In this document: positions 45,187-54,782 of the stretch, piece after piece | How the letters are laid out: each line of letters opens with the position of its first letter | Position numbering within the stretch: the stretch's first letter is position 1 | Assembly (NCBI GenBank): GCA_963664235.1 | Contig: OY760933.1 | Location: 1,883,419 to 1,947,418, forward strand | Length of the DNA stretch: 64,000 bases | From: Acidimicrobiales bacterium | GTDB taxonomy: Bacteria; Actinomycetota; Acidimicrobiia; Acidimicrobiales; CATQHL01 | Direction: 5' to 3' | The notes under the pieces: generated by a model | The model's input: only the letters and a program-made list of their open reading frames with translations | Databases searched by the model: none | Told to the model about the DNA's origin: nothing | Program-made: the position numbers and the translations under genes

Positions 45187-46008
45187 GTGGAGGAGATCCC
45201 CTCAGGGCCGCTGACCCTCTCGGGTTACCTGGCTCGGCCCCTGCGCTCCGACGGTGAGGTCCTGCGGGACCCGCGGCCCGCCGTCGTCATCTGTCACGGT
45301 CTGCCGGCGGCGCCCGGCGGGGCCACAACGGCGGGCCGCTCGTACCACGTTCTGGCCGACCGCATGGCTGCTGAGATGGGTTGGACGGCCCTGGTGCTCA
45401 ACTACCGGGGCTGCGGACTCTCCGAGGGGGACTTCTCGTTGCTGGGCTGGGTGGAGGACGTGCGCGCCGCCACCGAGCACGTGTCGGCGCGGACCCGCAC
45501 GCGGGGGATCTGGATCGCTGGGTTCGGCACCGGCGGCGCCGTGGCGATCCGGGCCGCTGCCGACACGCCCACGGTGGCGGGGGTGGTGTCGGTGGGCGCG
45601 CCGGCGGACTTCGCCGACTGGGCCGCCAACGCCGAGCGCCTGCTACGCCACTCCCGGGAGACGGGAATCGTGCGCAGCGACACATTCCCGGTGGACCTCA
45701 AAGTGTGGAGTGACCAGTTCGCATCTTTCAGCACCGACGAGGCGTCGGACCGGCTGGCGCCACGCCCGCTGATGGTCGTGCACGGCTCGGACGACGAGCT
45801 GGTGCCATCGCTGGACGCCCGTGCCATAGCCGACGCTCACGGCGCCGCCGATCTGCGCATCATCGCAGCCGGCGGCCACCGTCTGCGCTACGACCCGCGC
45901 TGTATCTCCCTGGTGCTGGGCTGGCTCGACCGCCACGGCCATGACACGGCCCCGGAGGCAGCGACCGCGGCAGGTACGTCTGCGCCGGAGGTTCCGACTT
46001 CGCTCTGA
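45187..46008 (+). CDS. Alpha/beta hydrolase fold protein, with the nucleophile elbow reading GFGTG
   Basis: VVICHGLP, WIAGFGTGGAVAI, MVVHGSDDELVP and AAGGHRL. Asp and His positions are recognisable, but the usual GxSxG serine is a glycine. Confidence 0.75.
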   Translation: MEEIPSGPLTLSGYLARPLRSDGEVLRDPRPAVVICHGLPAAPGGATTAGRSYHVLADRMAAEMGWTALVLNYRGCGLSEGDFSLLGWVEDVRAATEHVSARTRTRGIWIAGFGTGGAVAIRAAADTPTVAGVVSVGAPADFADWAANAERLLRHSRETGIVRSDTFPVDLKVWSDQFASFSTDEASDRLAPRPLMVVHGSDDELVPSLDARAIADAHGAADLRIIAAGGHRLRYDPRCISLVLGWLDRHGHDTAPEAATAAGTSAPEVPTSL

Positions 46009-46021
46009 CGGCCCCGTGGTG

Positions 46022-46462
46022 TTACTCGCCGAAGACGCTCGCTCCGACGAAGAACAGGATCAGCACGATCACGAACACCACGCCGATCAGGCTGATGCAC
46101 AGTCCGGCGATGGCGAGTCCCTTGTGCGTTGCTCCGCGCCGTCGGGCGCGGCTCAGGCCGATTGACGAGAACGTCAGTGCCATGAGCCAGAAGAGGGGGG
46201 CGGTGAAGGGGATGGGGATCCACATCACGAGCGAGCAGACGAATCCGGCGATCGCCATCGGGTTGCCCTGGCCGCCGGCTTGGACTGCCGGTGCGTCGAC
46301 CCCGCCGGATTCAGGTGGTGGCTCCTCCCAGGTCTGCGGGGGTTGGTCGGCGGCGTCGGAGTCCTGCCACGGGAAATCTCCCGGAGATCCGGAGGATCCC
46401 GAGTCGGGAGGATCCCGCTCGCCTCGCTCGTAGCTCCGCTCCTCACGGTCGTAGCGATCCAT
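46022..46462 (-). CDS. DUF4190-like small membrane protein with an acidic/Pro-rich N-terminus
   Basis: NPMAIAGFVCSLVMWIP and GLAIAGLCISLIGVVFVIVLILFFVG. ATG 46462 is preceded by GAGGG. The upstream part of the 317-aa ORF is Arg/Pro-rich noise. Confidence 0.7.
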   Translation of the reverse strand: MDRYDREERSYERGERDPPDSGSSGSPGDFPWQDSDAADQPPQTWEEPPPESGGVDAPAVQAGGQGNPMAIAGFVCSLVMWIPIPFTAPLFWLMALTFSSIGLSRARRRGATHKGLAIAGLCISLIGVVFVIVLILFFVGASVFGE

Positions 46463-46506
46463 CGTCACGCCCTCGCTCGCCCCGGTCAGGCGCCTTGCCG
46501 TCGGCG

Positions 46507-47088
46507 TCAGTCCTGCTTGGACCGGCCGGCGGCCTTCTGTTCCTTTTTCCAGGCGCGCACCCGGGCGAGGGCTTCGGGGCCGTCGATGTCGGCCACCGAG
46601 CGGGGGGTGTCGTCGGCGAAGGGACCGGCGTGGCGCTCCCAACCGTCGGGGCGGACGGTGAAGCGCTTGGCCAGGATGGCCAGGAAGATCATGGACTTCT
46701 CGTCGCCGTAGCCGGGCAGCGCCCGCAGGCGGTCGTAGAGCTCCTGGCCGCTGCGGGCCGAGGACCACACCGCCCCGGCGTCGCCGTCGTATTGCTCGGC
46801 GATCTGGCGGCACAACTCGTGGGCGCGGCGGGCCATCGCAGCGGGGAAGCGGTGCAGCGCGGGCTTGGTGCCGAAGGTGGCCTCCAGGTCGGCGGGGTCC
46901 ATGGCCGCAATGGCGGGGGCGTCCAGCTCGCCCCCGAGCCGTTCGGCCAGCCGGTACGGCGACTTGAACGCCCACTCCATGGGGATCTGCTGATCCAGCA
47001 GCATTGCCAGCAGCAGCGCCAGCGGTTCGTTGTTGACGAGCGCGTCAGCGGCCTCATCACCGGTGACGGCAAGGGTTCCGGTGGTCAT
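46507..47088 (-). CDS. HhH-GPD-type base excision DNA repair family protein
   Basis: LALLLAMLLDQQIPMEWAFKSPYRLAERLG and LRALPGYGDEKSMIFLAILAKRF. ATG 47088 is 6 nt after TACGCT (47095-47100). Confidence 0.8.
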   Translation of the reverse strand: MTTGTLAVTGDEAADALVNNEPLALLLAMLLDQQIPMEWAFKSPYRLAERLGGELDAPAIAAMDPADLEATFGTKPALHRFPAAMARRAHELCRQIAEQYDGDAGAVWSSARSGQELYDRLRALPGYGDEKSMIFLAILAKRFTVRPDGWERHAGPFADDTPRSVADIDGPEALARVRAWKKEQKAAGRSKQD

Positions 47089-47235
47089 AACCCGAGCGTA
47101 CCGGCCACGCGTGGCGCTCGCAGCGGGCCATTGGCGGCGCGCCGAGCCGTTCCGGCTCGGCGGTAGCGTGCCGGGAGTCATGCCCCGGCCGCGGCGAGTG
47201 CGCCCGGCGGTGCGTGGAGCTCGCTTGGAGGCAAT

Positions 47236-48678
47236 GTGAGACGGCCACGAGAAGGCGCGCCGGTCTCACGGCGGGCGTGGGTGGTGCTGGGAGTGGCGTG
47301 CATCAGCATCTTCCTGGTGGTGATCGACGCCTCCATCGTGAACGTGGCGTTCCCCACTATCGGCGCCGATCTCAACACCACCGACGCCGTGCTGTCGTGG
47401 ATCCTGACCGCTTACAACGTGACTGTCGCCTCGCTGCTGCTGCTGGCCGGGCGGACCGCCGACAGGCTGGGGCGGAAGCGGGTCTTTCTCGTCTCGGTGG
47501 CCGTCTTCACGCTGGGGTCGCTGCTGTGCAGCCTCGCCCCGGACGCAGGCTCGCTCATCGCCTTCCGGGTGGTGCAAGCAGTCGGCGGCTCGGCGATCTT
47601 CCCGTCATCTCTGGCGCTGGTGCTGCCGGAGTTCCCCGTCGAGCGGCGCTCGGCGGCCGTGGGAATCTGGTCTGCGGTGGCCGGATTCGGCGGGGCGGTC
47701 GGCCCGTCCGCCGGGGCGCTGCTGATCGAACTGTTCGGGTGGCGGGGGATCTTCTGGGCGAGCGTCCCCCTGGGCGCCGCCGTCGTGGTGCTGGGTCGTC
47801 GCTACCTGACCGAGACGCGGGTGGTAACCGACACCGGGCGCCTCGACTTCATCGGCGTCCCGGTGAGTGTGCTGGGAGTGGCACTCGTGCTACTCGCTGT
47901 CGTACAGGCCGAGCACTGGGGCTACACCAGTGTCCGGACGCTCACGCTGGCGTGTGTGGGCCTGGCCCTGCTACCGGTCCTGGTGTGGCGGTCGCGCCGC
48001 CATCCTTCGCCGGTGCTGGACCTGTCGCTGTTCGGTATCCCGTCGTTCCGGGTGGCCACGTTCGCCACGATCTTCTTCGGGTTCGCCTTCCTGGGCGGGT
48101 TCTTCTTGAACTCGCTGCTGTTGCAGCGTCTCTGGGAGTGGCCGGTCTGGAAGACCGGACTCGGTCTCAGTCCCAGCCCGCTGATTTCGGTCGTGGCCTC
48201 CTGGTGGGCCGGCCGCACCGCCGACCGTCTCGGCCACCGCTGGCTCACCACGGCGGGGAGCGGGCTGTGCGTCGCTGCGTTCTCGTGGCAGTTCTGGCGC
48301 GTCGGCTCCGTTCCGGACTACTGGTCGGACTTCCTGCCGTCCATGCTGATGCTTGGAGTCGGCGTGGGGCTGGCGATCACCTGCATCACGGCCGCGCCCT
48401 TGGCGGACCTAAGCAGCGACCAGTTCGCCATGGGAAACGCCACGGCTCGCACGGTGCAGCAGCTCTGCTACGGCGTTGGTGTGGCCGCCATCGTGGCGCT
48501 GCTTGGCACCGGCGGCGCCGAGGATCTCACCCGCTACCCGCGTGCGTGGATCTGGCTCATCTGCTCCTACGCCTCGGCGGGGCTGACGATGGCGCTGCTC
48601 TACCCCTCCGGCAGCGCCGCCGGCCGGGCGCGCGCCGCCTCAGGACCCGCTGGGGAGGTGCGCTCGCCGGCTAGGTGA
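47236..48678 (+). CDS. MFS transporter, DHA2/EmrB-like (14-TMS type)
   Basis: FLVVIDASIVNVAFPTIGADL and LLLLAGRTADRLGRKRVFL. GTG is preceded by GGAGG. The other-frame 486-aa ORF at 47214 is rejected. Confidence 0.9.
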   Translation: MRRPREGAPVSRRAWVVLGVACISIFLVVIDASIVNVAFPTIGADLNTTDAVLSWILTAYNVTVASLLLLAGRTADRLGRKRVFLVSVAVFTLGSLLCSLAPDAGSLIAFRVVQAVGGSAIFPSSLALVLPEFPVERRSAAVGIWSAVAGFGGAVGPSAGALLIELFGWRGIFWASVPLGAAVVVLGRRYLTETRVVTDTGRLDFIGVPVSVLGVALVLLAVVQAEHWGYTSVRTLTLACVGLALLPVLVWRSRRHPSPVLDLSLFGIPSFRVATFATIFFGFAFLGGFFLNSLLLQRLWEWPVWKTGLGLSPSPLISVVASWWAGRTADRLGHRWLTTAGSGLCVAAFSWQFWRVGSVPDYWSDFLPSMLMLGVGVGLAITCITAAPLADLSSDQFAMGNATARTVQQLCYGVGVAAIVALLGTGGAEDLTRYPRAWIWLICSYASAGLTMALLYPSGSAAGRARAASGPAGEVRSPAR

Positions 48679-51394
48679 GCGGGCCACACTCGTAGTCGAG
48701 GGGGTTGACCGCCTCGGGGTCTACGTCGAAGCGCTCGATGGCGTCGTCGACGGCCGAGGCGTCGATCTCCCCGGCGGCGACGAGCCCGGCGAGGACGGCC
48801 ACGGTGACATGGGCGCCGTCGACCTCGAAGAAGCGGCGCAGTGACTCACGGGTGTCGCTACGGCCGAAGCCGTCGGTCCCCAGAACGGAGTAGCTCCCGG
48901 GCACCCAGCGGGCGATCTGATCGGGCACCAGGGTGAGGTAGTCGCTCACTGCCACCACCGGCCCGTTGGCTCGAGCCAGCTTGGCGGTCACAGCCGGCAC
49001 ACGCGGCGCCTCCAGCGGGTGCAGGCGGTTCCAGCGCTCGGCGTCGAGGGCGTCCTCCCGCAGCCTCTTGTAGGAGGTGGCGCTCCACAACTCGGTGCCG
49101 GTGTCGTAGTGCTCGGCGAGGATCGCCTGCGCCTCGCGGGCTGCGGCGTGCGCCGGCCCGGAGAACAGGATCGTGGCACGGTGGCGCTTCCCCGGCGGCC
49201 CGGCGTCCCAGCGGTACATGCCGCTCATGATGTCGGCGTCGCTGACACTGTCGGCGCGCGCGGGCTGGAGGTAGTTCTCGTTGTAGATCGTCAGGTAGTA
49301 GAAGACGTCGTCGCCGTGCGCCACTCCCGCCGGGGGATACATGCGCTCCAACCCGCAGGCGATGATCGTGGCCATCTCGTAGGCGAACGCCGGGTCGTAG
49401 GACTGGCACGCCGGGACCGAGGCCGCGAGCAGGTGGCTGTGGCCGTCCTGATGCTGCAGACCCTCACCGGCGAGGGTGGTGCGCCCGGCCGTGGCGCCCA
49501 GCAGGAACCCCCGGGCCCGGCTGTCTGCCGCCGACCAGATGAGGTCACCCACCCGCTGGAAGCCGAACATGGAGTAGAAGGTGTACATCGGCACCATCGG
49601 CACGCCCAGGTTGGCGTAACTGGTGCCGGCGGCGATCCACTCCGCCAGCGAGCCCGCCTCGGTGATGCCCTCCTCCAGGATCTGCCCGTCGGTGTCCTCG
49701 GAGTACGACAGCAGCAGGTCGTGGTCCACCGGCTCGTAGAGCTGCCCGTGCGAGGCGTAGATCTCGAACTCCCGGAACAGCGAGTCCATCCCGAAGGTGC
49801 GAGCCTCGTCGGCGACGATCGGGGCGACCCGGGCGCCGAAGTCCTTGTCGCGCAGCAGCGAGCGCAGCAAGGTGGTGAACGCCACCGTGGTGGACACCTC
49901 CCGGTCGCCGGAGCCCTCGTCGAAGGTGGCGAAGATCTTGCGGTCGGGTTGGCTCAGGGGCCGGCGGTCCCGCACGATGCGCGACGGGAGCGCCCCGTCG
50001 AGCGCCTGGCGGCGCCGGCGCATGTACGCCATCTCCTCGGCGTCCGGCGGCGGCCGGTAGTACGGCGGGGCGTCGTCGGTGAGGGCGCTCTCGGGGATCT
50101 GTTCCCACAGGCGCAGCCGGTCGCGGAGATCCAGCAACTGGCGTGTGGTCATCTTCTTGATCTGATGGGTGGCGTTGCGGCCCTCGAACCCCTTACCGAG
50201 GCTCCAGCCCTTGATGGTCTTGGCCAGGATCACCGTCGGTGAACCGACGTTCTCGGTGGCGGCCTTGTAAGCGGCATACAGCTTCTCGTGGTCGTGGCCG
50301 CCGCGGGGCAGGTTGGCGAGGTCGGCGTCGCTGTAGTCGTCCACCATGGAGCGCAGGCGCGGGTCGGGCCCGAAGAAGTGCTCGCGGATATAGGCGCCGG
50401 ACTCGGTGGCGTAGCGCTGGTACTCGCCGTCCACAGTGGAGTTCATCTTGTTCAACAGCAGGCCGTTGGTGTCGTGCTTGAGCAGTTCGTCCCAGCGGGA
50501 CCCCCAGATGACCTTGATGACGTTCCAGCCGGCGCCGCGGAACAGGCCTTCGAGTTCCTGGATGATCTTGCTGTTGCCCCGCACCGGTCCGTCGAGGCGC
50601 TGCAGGTTGCAGTTGACCACCCAGATGAGGTTGTCGAGCTCCGAGCGCCCAGCCAGGGAGATGGCGCCCAGGGTCTCCGGCTCGTCCATCTCGCCATCGC
50701 CCACGAAGCACCAGATGCGCGACCCGGAGGTGTCGTCGATGTGCCGGTGGTGCAGGTAGCGGTTGAATCGGGCGTGGTAGATGGAGTTGATGGGGCCGAG
50801 CCCCATGGACACCGTGGGGTACTCCCAGAAGTCGGGCATCAGCCGGGGATGCGGGTAGCTGGACACGCCCCGGCCGCCGATCTCCATGCGGAAGTTGTCG
50901 AGGTGCTCGGTGCCGAGGCGTCCCTCGAGGAAGGCGCGGGCGTAGATGCCGGGCGCGGCGTGGCCCTGGAAGTACACGTGATCACCGGGCTGGTCGGCGT
51001 CCTTGCCCCGGAAGAACCAGTTGAAGCCCACGTCGTACAGCGACGCCGAGGAGGCGAAGGTGGACAGGTGCCCGCCGATGCCGTCGGCCGCCTTGTTGGC
51101 CCGTATCACCATGACCGCCGCGTTCCAGCGGATGTAGCGCCGGATCAGCTTCTCGAGGTGCTCGTCGCCGGGGAAGAACGGCTGGCTGTCGGCGGGGATG
51201 GTGTTGACGTACGGGGTGGTGACCGTGGCGGGGATGCCGACGTCGAGTTGCTGGGCCCGCTCCAGCATCCGGGCCACGACCAGCCGGGCGCGCTCCTTGC
51301 CGCGTTCGTGGACCAGAGCGTCGAAGGAGTCGATCCACTCGCCGGTCTCGGTGGGGTCGGTGTCGGGGAGTTGGTGCGAGAAGTGGCCGCGCAT
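48671..51394 (-). CDS. aceE: Pyruvate dehydrogenase E1 component, homodimeric type
   Basis: 907 aa. DTDPTETGEWIDSFD N-terminus and a thiamine-diphosphate motif region GDGEMDEPETLGA. Confidence 0.95.
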   Translation of the reverse strand: MRGHFSHQLPDTDPTETGEWIDSFDALVHERGKERARLVVARMLERAQQLDVGIPATVTTPYVNTIPADSQPFFPGDEHLEKLIRRYIRWNAAVMVIRANKAADGIGGHLSTFASSASLYDVGFNWFFRGKDADQPGDHVYFQGHAAPGIYARAFLEGRLGTEHLDNFRMEIGGRGVSSYPHPRLMPDFWEYPTVSMGLGPINSIYHARFNRYLHHRHIDDTSGSRIWCFVGDGEMDEPETLGAISLAGRSELDNLIWVVNCNLQRLDGPVRGNSKIIQELEGLFRGAGWNVIKVIWGSRWDELLKHDTNGLLLNKMNSTVDGEYQRYATESGAYIREHFFGPDPRLRSMVDDYSDADLANLPRGGHDHEKLYAAYKAATENVGSPTVILAKTIKGWSLGKGFEGRNATHQIKKMTTRQLLDLRDRLRLWEQIPESALTDDAPPYYRPPPDAEEMAYMRRRRQALDGALPSRIVRDRRPLSQPDRKIFATFDEGSGDREVSTTVAFTTLLRSLLRDKDFGARVAPIVADEARTFGMDSLFREFEIYASHGQLYEPVDHDLLLSYSEDTDGQILEEGITEAGSLAEWIAAGTSYANLGVPMVPMYTFYSMFGFQRVGDLIWSAADSRARGFLLGATAGRTTLAGEGLQHQDGHSHLLAASVPACQSYDPAFAYEMATIIACGLERMYPPAGVAHGDDVFYYLTIYNENYLQPARADSVSDADIMSGMYRWDAGPPGKRHRATILFSGPAHAAAREAQAILAEHYDTGTELWSATSYKRLREDALDAERWNRLHPLEAPRVPAVTAKLARANGPVVAVSDYLTLVPDQIARWVPGSYSVLGTDGFGRSDTRESLRRFFEVDGAHVTVAVLAGLVAAGEIDASAVDDAIERFDVDPEAVNPLDYECGPLT

Positions 51395-51502
51395 CGGTGT
51401 TCAGTCTCGCACGCTCCGGCGAATTCCGGCCAAGTCGGTCCGCCGTCGTTGAACGGCCGCCCGGGTGGCGGAAGCGCCGGTGCCACCGCAGCGCGTGCGA
51501 GG

Positions 51503-52000
51503 ATGAGCGCTGTGACGAACTCTGCGGGCGGTTCCCCGCGACCCACCGTCGTGTACACCGATGGGGCGTGCCGCGGCAATCCGGGTCCCGGCGGCTGGGG
51601 CTGGGTGGTTCCCGACGGTCCGTGGGCGGCCGGCGCCGCTGCGGACACGACCAACAACCGCATGGAGTTGCAGGCCGTTCTGGAGGCGCTCGCCACCCTG
51701 GAGGACGGCGACCCTCTGGAGGTGGTCACCGACTCCACCTACATCGTGAATTGCTTCGAGCAGCGCTGGTGGGTGGGATGGCAGCGTCGCAACTGGCGAA
51801 ACGCCAGCAAGCAGCCGGTCAAGAACCAGGATCTGTGGGTGCCGCTCATCGAGCAGGTCCTGGCGCGGGGGGTGACGTTCCGCTGGGTGAAGGGCCACAG
51901 CGCCGACCCCTGGAACGACGCCGCCGACCTCCTCGCCACCGCCGCTGCGGACAGCCAGAGTGGCACCCGCGGCGAGCGCTACCGCCCGGCATCCGGCTGA
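51503..52000 (+). CDS. rnhA: Ribonuclease HI
   Basis: VVYTDGACRGNPGPGGWGWV, NNRMELQAVLEAL, VTDSTYIVN and WVKGHSADPWNDAAD. Only the last 165 codons of the 570-aa track ORF are used. GTG 51512 is an alternative start. Confidence 0.9.
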   Translation: MSAVTNSAGGSPRPTVVYTDGACRGNPGPGGWGWVVPDGPWAAGAAADTTNNRMELQAVLEALATLEDGDPLEVVTDSTYIVNCFEQRWWVGWQRRNWRNASKQPVKNQDLWVPLIEQVLARGVTFRWVKGHSADPWNDAADLLATAAADSQSGTRGERYRPASG

Positions 52001-52019
52001 GGAGAATCTTTTTCTCCTC
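51999..52019 (+). terminator. Weak AT-rich hairpin at the rnhA stop (8-bp stem, 5-nt loop)
   Basis: gaggagaa (51999-52006) pairs with ttctcctc (52012-52019). Confidence 0.3.
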
Positions 52020-52082
52020 GCTTGTCAACCGAACCGGCGACTGAGGCGTCTGTCAGTCAAAGATCGCCGGGATCTTCCGGAT

Positions 52083-52118
52083 GCCGCAACCCGAGTGTTG
52101 GAGCAGCAGGGTTGCGGC
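52083..52118 (+). other. 10-bp perfect stem-loop in the 5' region of the acyl-CoA synthetase gene
   Basis: gccgcaaccc (52083-52092) pairs with gggttgcggc (52109-52118) across a 16-nt loop. A second GC stem plus a T-run follows at about 52129-52170. Confidence 0.35.
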
Positions 52119-52209
52119 AGGTGGAAAAGGCGGGTTCGAGCCTTGGAGCGGGTTCGGGCCCGCCTCGACCTTTTTGGTGCCGGATCTGCCAGAGTTCTGC
52201 GACACTGAG

Positions 52210-53805
52210 ATGATGTCCGAGCCCTCATCGCCGGCCACCGGCCCCCGTCCGGCTTTCGGCCCCGAACCGCTGGCACCGACATTGTTCCTGGATCGCAGCG
52301 CATTGGTCTTCGGCGACAGGACGGCGATGATCGACGGAGAGCGCTCCTTCACGTACCGCGAGTTGCAGGGGCGCTGCATGCGGTTGGCGGGGGCGCTGGC
52401 CACCGCGGGGGTGAGTCCCGGCGACAGGGTCTCGACACTGGTGCCGAACACCCACGTGGCCCTGGAGTCGCACTTCGGCGTGTCCTGGGCGGGCGCCGTG
52501 CTGAATGCCCTGAACACGCGTCTGGCGCCCGGCGAGTTGACCTGGATCGTGAACCACGCCGGCTCGCGGGTGCTCATCTGTGACGACTCTCTGGCCGACG
52601 TCGGCGAAGCGATCGCCGCGGGGGCCGACCACCCGGTGCAGGTGATCCGCTGCGGCGGCCCCGAAGACGACTACGAGGAGCGGCTCGCCGCGGCCGAACC
52701 CCTGCGCCGCGAGGTCGACGACGAGTTGGGGCTGCTGAGCCTCAACTACACCTCCGGCACCACCGGGCACCCCAAGGGTGTCATGTACTCCCACCGGGGT
52801 GCCTACCTGCAGGCGCTGGCCATGATGGCCCAGGGCGGCCTGGATGCCGCCAGCGTGTTCCTGTGGACGTTGCCGATGTTCCACTGCAACGGCTGGTGCT
52901 ACCCCTGGGCGGTCACCGCGGCCGGTGGGGTGCACGTGGCGCTGCGCCAGCTGAACCCCGAAGCCATTTGGACGGCGATCGGTCGCCGTGGCGTCACCCA
53001 CCTCAACGCCGCACCCACGGTGCTGACGATGCTGGCCTCCCATCCCGGCGCCACCCCGGCGTCCTCCCCGGTGCATGTGGCCGTCGGTGGTGCGCCGCCG
53101 TCGCCCAGCCTGCTGGCCCGCCTCGCCGACCTGAACCTCCACGTCACACACCTCTACGGGCTGACCGAGAGCTACGGCCCCGCGGTGATCTGCGACTGGC
53201 GGCCCGAGTGGGGTGCCCTGGGCCCCGCCGAGCAGGCCCGGCGCAAGGCCCGCCAGGGCGTTGCCAATGTGGCGTGCGCGCCGGTGCGCGTCGTTGACGC
53301 CGACGGCGCCGACGTGCCCGCAGACGGCGCCACCCCCGGCGAGGTGGTATTGCGGGGCAACGTCGTGATGCTGGGCTACTACCGGGATCCCGAGGCGACG
53401 GCGGCGGCCACGCTCCAGCGGCCCGACGGCGCCTGGTTCCGCACCGGTGACGTGGGCGTCGTGCACTCCGATGGCTACATGGAGGTCCGCGACCGGGCCA
53501 AGGACGTGATTGTCAGCGGCGGGGAGAACATCACTTCCATCGAGGTGGAGCAGGTCCTGGCGCGTCACCCTGGCGTGCTGGAGGCGGCGGTGGTGGGTGC
53601 GCCCGACGAGACCTGGGGCGAGGTGCCGGTCGCCTTCGTGGTGCCGCGCCCGGGAGCGTTGCCGACTGAGGAGGAGATCATCGAGTTCGTGCGCGGCGCC
53701 ATCGCCCGTTTCAAGGCGCCCAAGCGCGTGATCTTCGGCGACCTCCCCAAGACCAGCACCGGCAAGATCCAGAAGTTCGTGCTGCGGGACCGGCTCCGGG
53801 GCTAG
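52210..53805 (+). CDS. AMP-dependent acyl-CoA synthetase/ligase
   Basis: LNYTSGTTGHPKGV, YGLTES, FRTGDVG and GKIQKFVLR. ATG 52210 (MMSEP...). Confidence 0.9.
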   Translation: MMSEPSSPATGPRPAFGPEPLAPTLFLDRSALVFGDRTAMIDGERSFTYRELQGRCMRLAGALATAGVSPGDRVSTLVPNTHVALESHFGVSWAGAVLNALNTRLAPGELTWIVNHAGSRVLICDDSLADVGEAIAAGADHPVQVIRCGGPEDDYEERLAAAEPLRREVDDELGLLSLNYTSGTTGHPKGVMYSHRGAYLQALAMMAQGGLDAASVFLWTLPMFHCNGWCYPWAVTAAGGVHVALRQLNPEAIWTAIGRRGVTHLNAAPTVLTMLASHPGATPASSPVHVAVGGAPPSPSLLARLADLNLHVTHLYGLTESYGPAVICDWRPEWGALGPAEQARRKARQGVANVACAPVRVVDADGADVPADGATPGEVVLRGNVVMLGYYRDPEATAAATLQRPDGAWFRTGDVGVVHSDGYMEVRDRAKDVIVSGGENITSIEVEQVLARHPGVLEAAVVGAPDETWGEVPVAFVVPRPGALPTEEEIIEFVRGAIARFKAPKRVIFGDLPKTSTGKIQKFVLRDRLRG

Positions 53806-53819
53806 ACGCCGGGGTCCGG

Positions 53820-54782
53820 TCAGTCGAGCCCGTGCCGGAGCCGTCGATCCACAGCGGGGTCGGCGGCGGCCGGATCCAGAAGGTGTTCGGGGGTTTCGCC
53901 GCGCAACCACGCGAGCGCCTGCGCCAGCGCCTGGTGTATGACCCGCTCCGCGCCGGCGGTGGTGCCCGAGGCGACATGGGGGGTGACCAGAACGTCGTCC
54001 CGGTGCAGCAGGGGATGATCGGCGGGCAGCGGCTCCGGGTCGGTGACGTCAAGGGCGGCTCCGGCGACGTGGCCGGATGTGAGGGCCGCGAGCAGGGCGT
54101 CGTGATCCACGAGGGCGCCGCGGGCGCAGTTGACGATCACCACGCCGGGACGCATCGCCGCCAGCGAGGTGGCGTTCACGAGGTGGCGGGTCGCAGGTGT
54201 GGCGGGGGCGTGCAACGACACGATGTCCGCTGAGGACCATATGTCCTCGAGGTCGACCAATCTGCCCACGGGTGCGGCGTCGAGGTGGGGATCGTGTGCC
54301 AGCACCTGCATGCCCAGCGCCTCGGCGTAGCCGCCCAGGCGCCTCCCGATCCGACCGCAGCCGATGAGACCGAGGGTGCGGCCGTCGAGTTCGAGGCCCC
54401 CCACCGCAGCGGGCGTCCCGACGAGGCCGTCACCGTCGCGGAGACGGCGCTCGGCGACCTTGAGCCGCTTGCTGGCGGCCAGCAGCAGCGCGAGGGCATG
54501 TTCGGCGGTCGAGGTCGTGGGTCCGTCGGGGGTGTTGCAGACGGCAACGCCATGGGCGGCGCAGGCTGCATGGTCCACGGTGTCGGTGCCGATACCACGT
54601 CGCACAACGACCTTCAGGTCGGGCAGACGCCGGCAGGCGGCGCCGTCCCAACGTTCCTTCGACCCCACGATCGCGCCGTCCGCGTCCGAAGGGTTGTCAA
54701 CGATGACCACATCGGCGGGAAGCTCGATTCCCGGCGCCGGCCCGTCGATCCAGACGCGGTGTCTCACATCCTGCCTCCTCAT
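53820..54782 (-). CDS. D-isomer-specific 2-hydroxyacid dehydrogenase (PGDH-like)
   Basis: LGLIGCGRIGRRLG, VIVNCARGALVD and LVTPHVAS. ATG 54782 overlaps the upstream stop (ATGA). Confidence 0.85.
   Translation of the reverse strand: MRRQDVRHRVWIDGPAPGIELPADVVIVDNPSDADGAIVGSKERWDGAACRRLPDLKVVVRRGIGTDTVDHAACAAHGVAVCNTPDGPTTSTAEHALALLLAASKRLKVAERRLRDGDGLVGTPAAVGGLELDGRTLGLIGCGRIGRRLGGYAEALGMQVLAHDPHLDAAPVGRLVDLEDIWSSADIVSLHAPATPATRHLVNATSLAAMRPGVVIVNCARGALVDHDALLAALTSGHVAGAALDVTDPEPLPADHPLLHRDDVLVTPHVASGTTAGAERVIHQALAQALAWLRGETPEHLLDPAAADPAVDRRLRHGLD

Noticed and set aside
47214-48674. 486-aa ORF in an alternative frame over the MFS transporter
   Set aside because: The translation is Arg/Gly/Ala-rich and not membrane-like. 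The 47236 frame gives clean MFS/DHA2 motifs and TM segments.
50288-51502. First 405 codons of the 570-aa ORF ending in rnhA
   Set aside because: It is antisense to aceE. RNase HI motifs begin only after ATG 51503.
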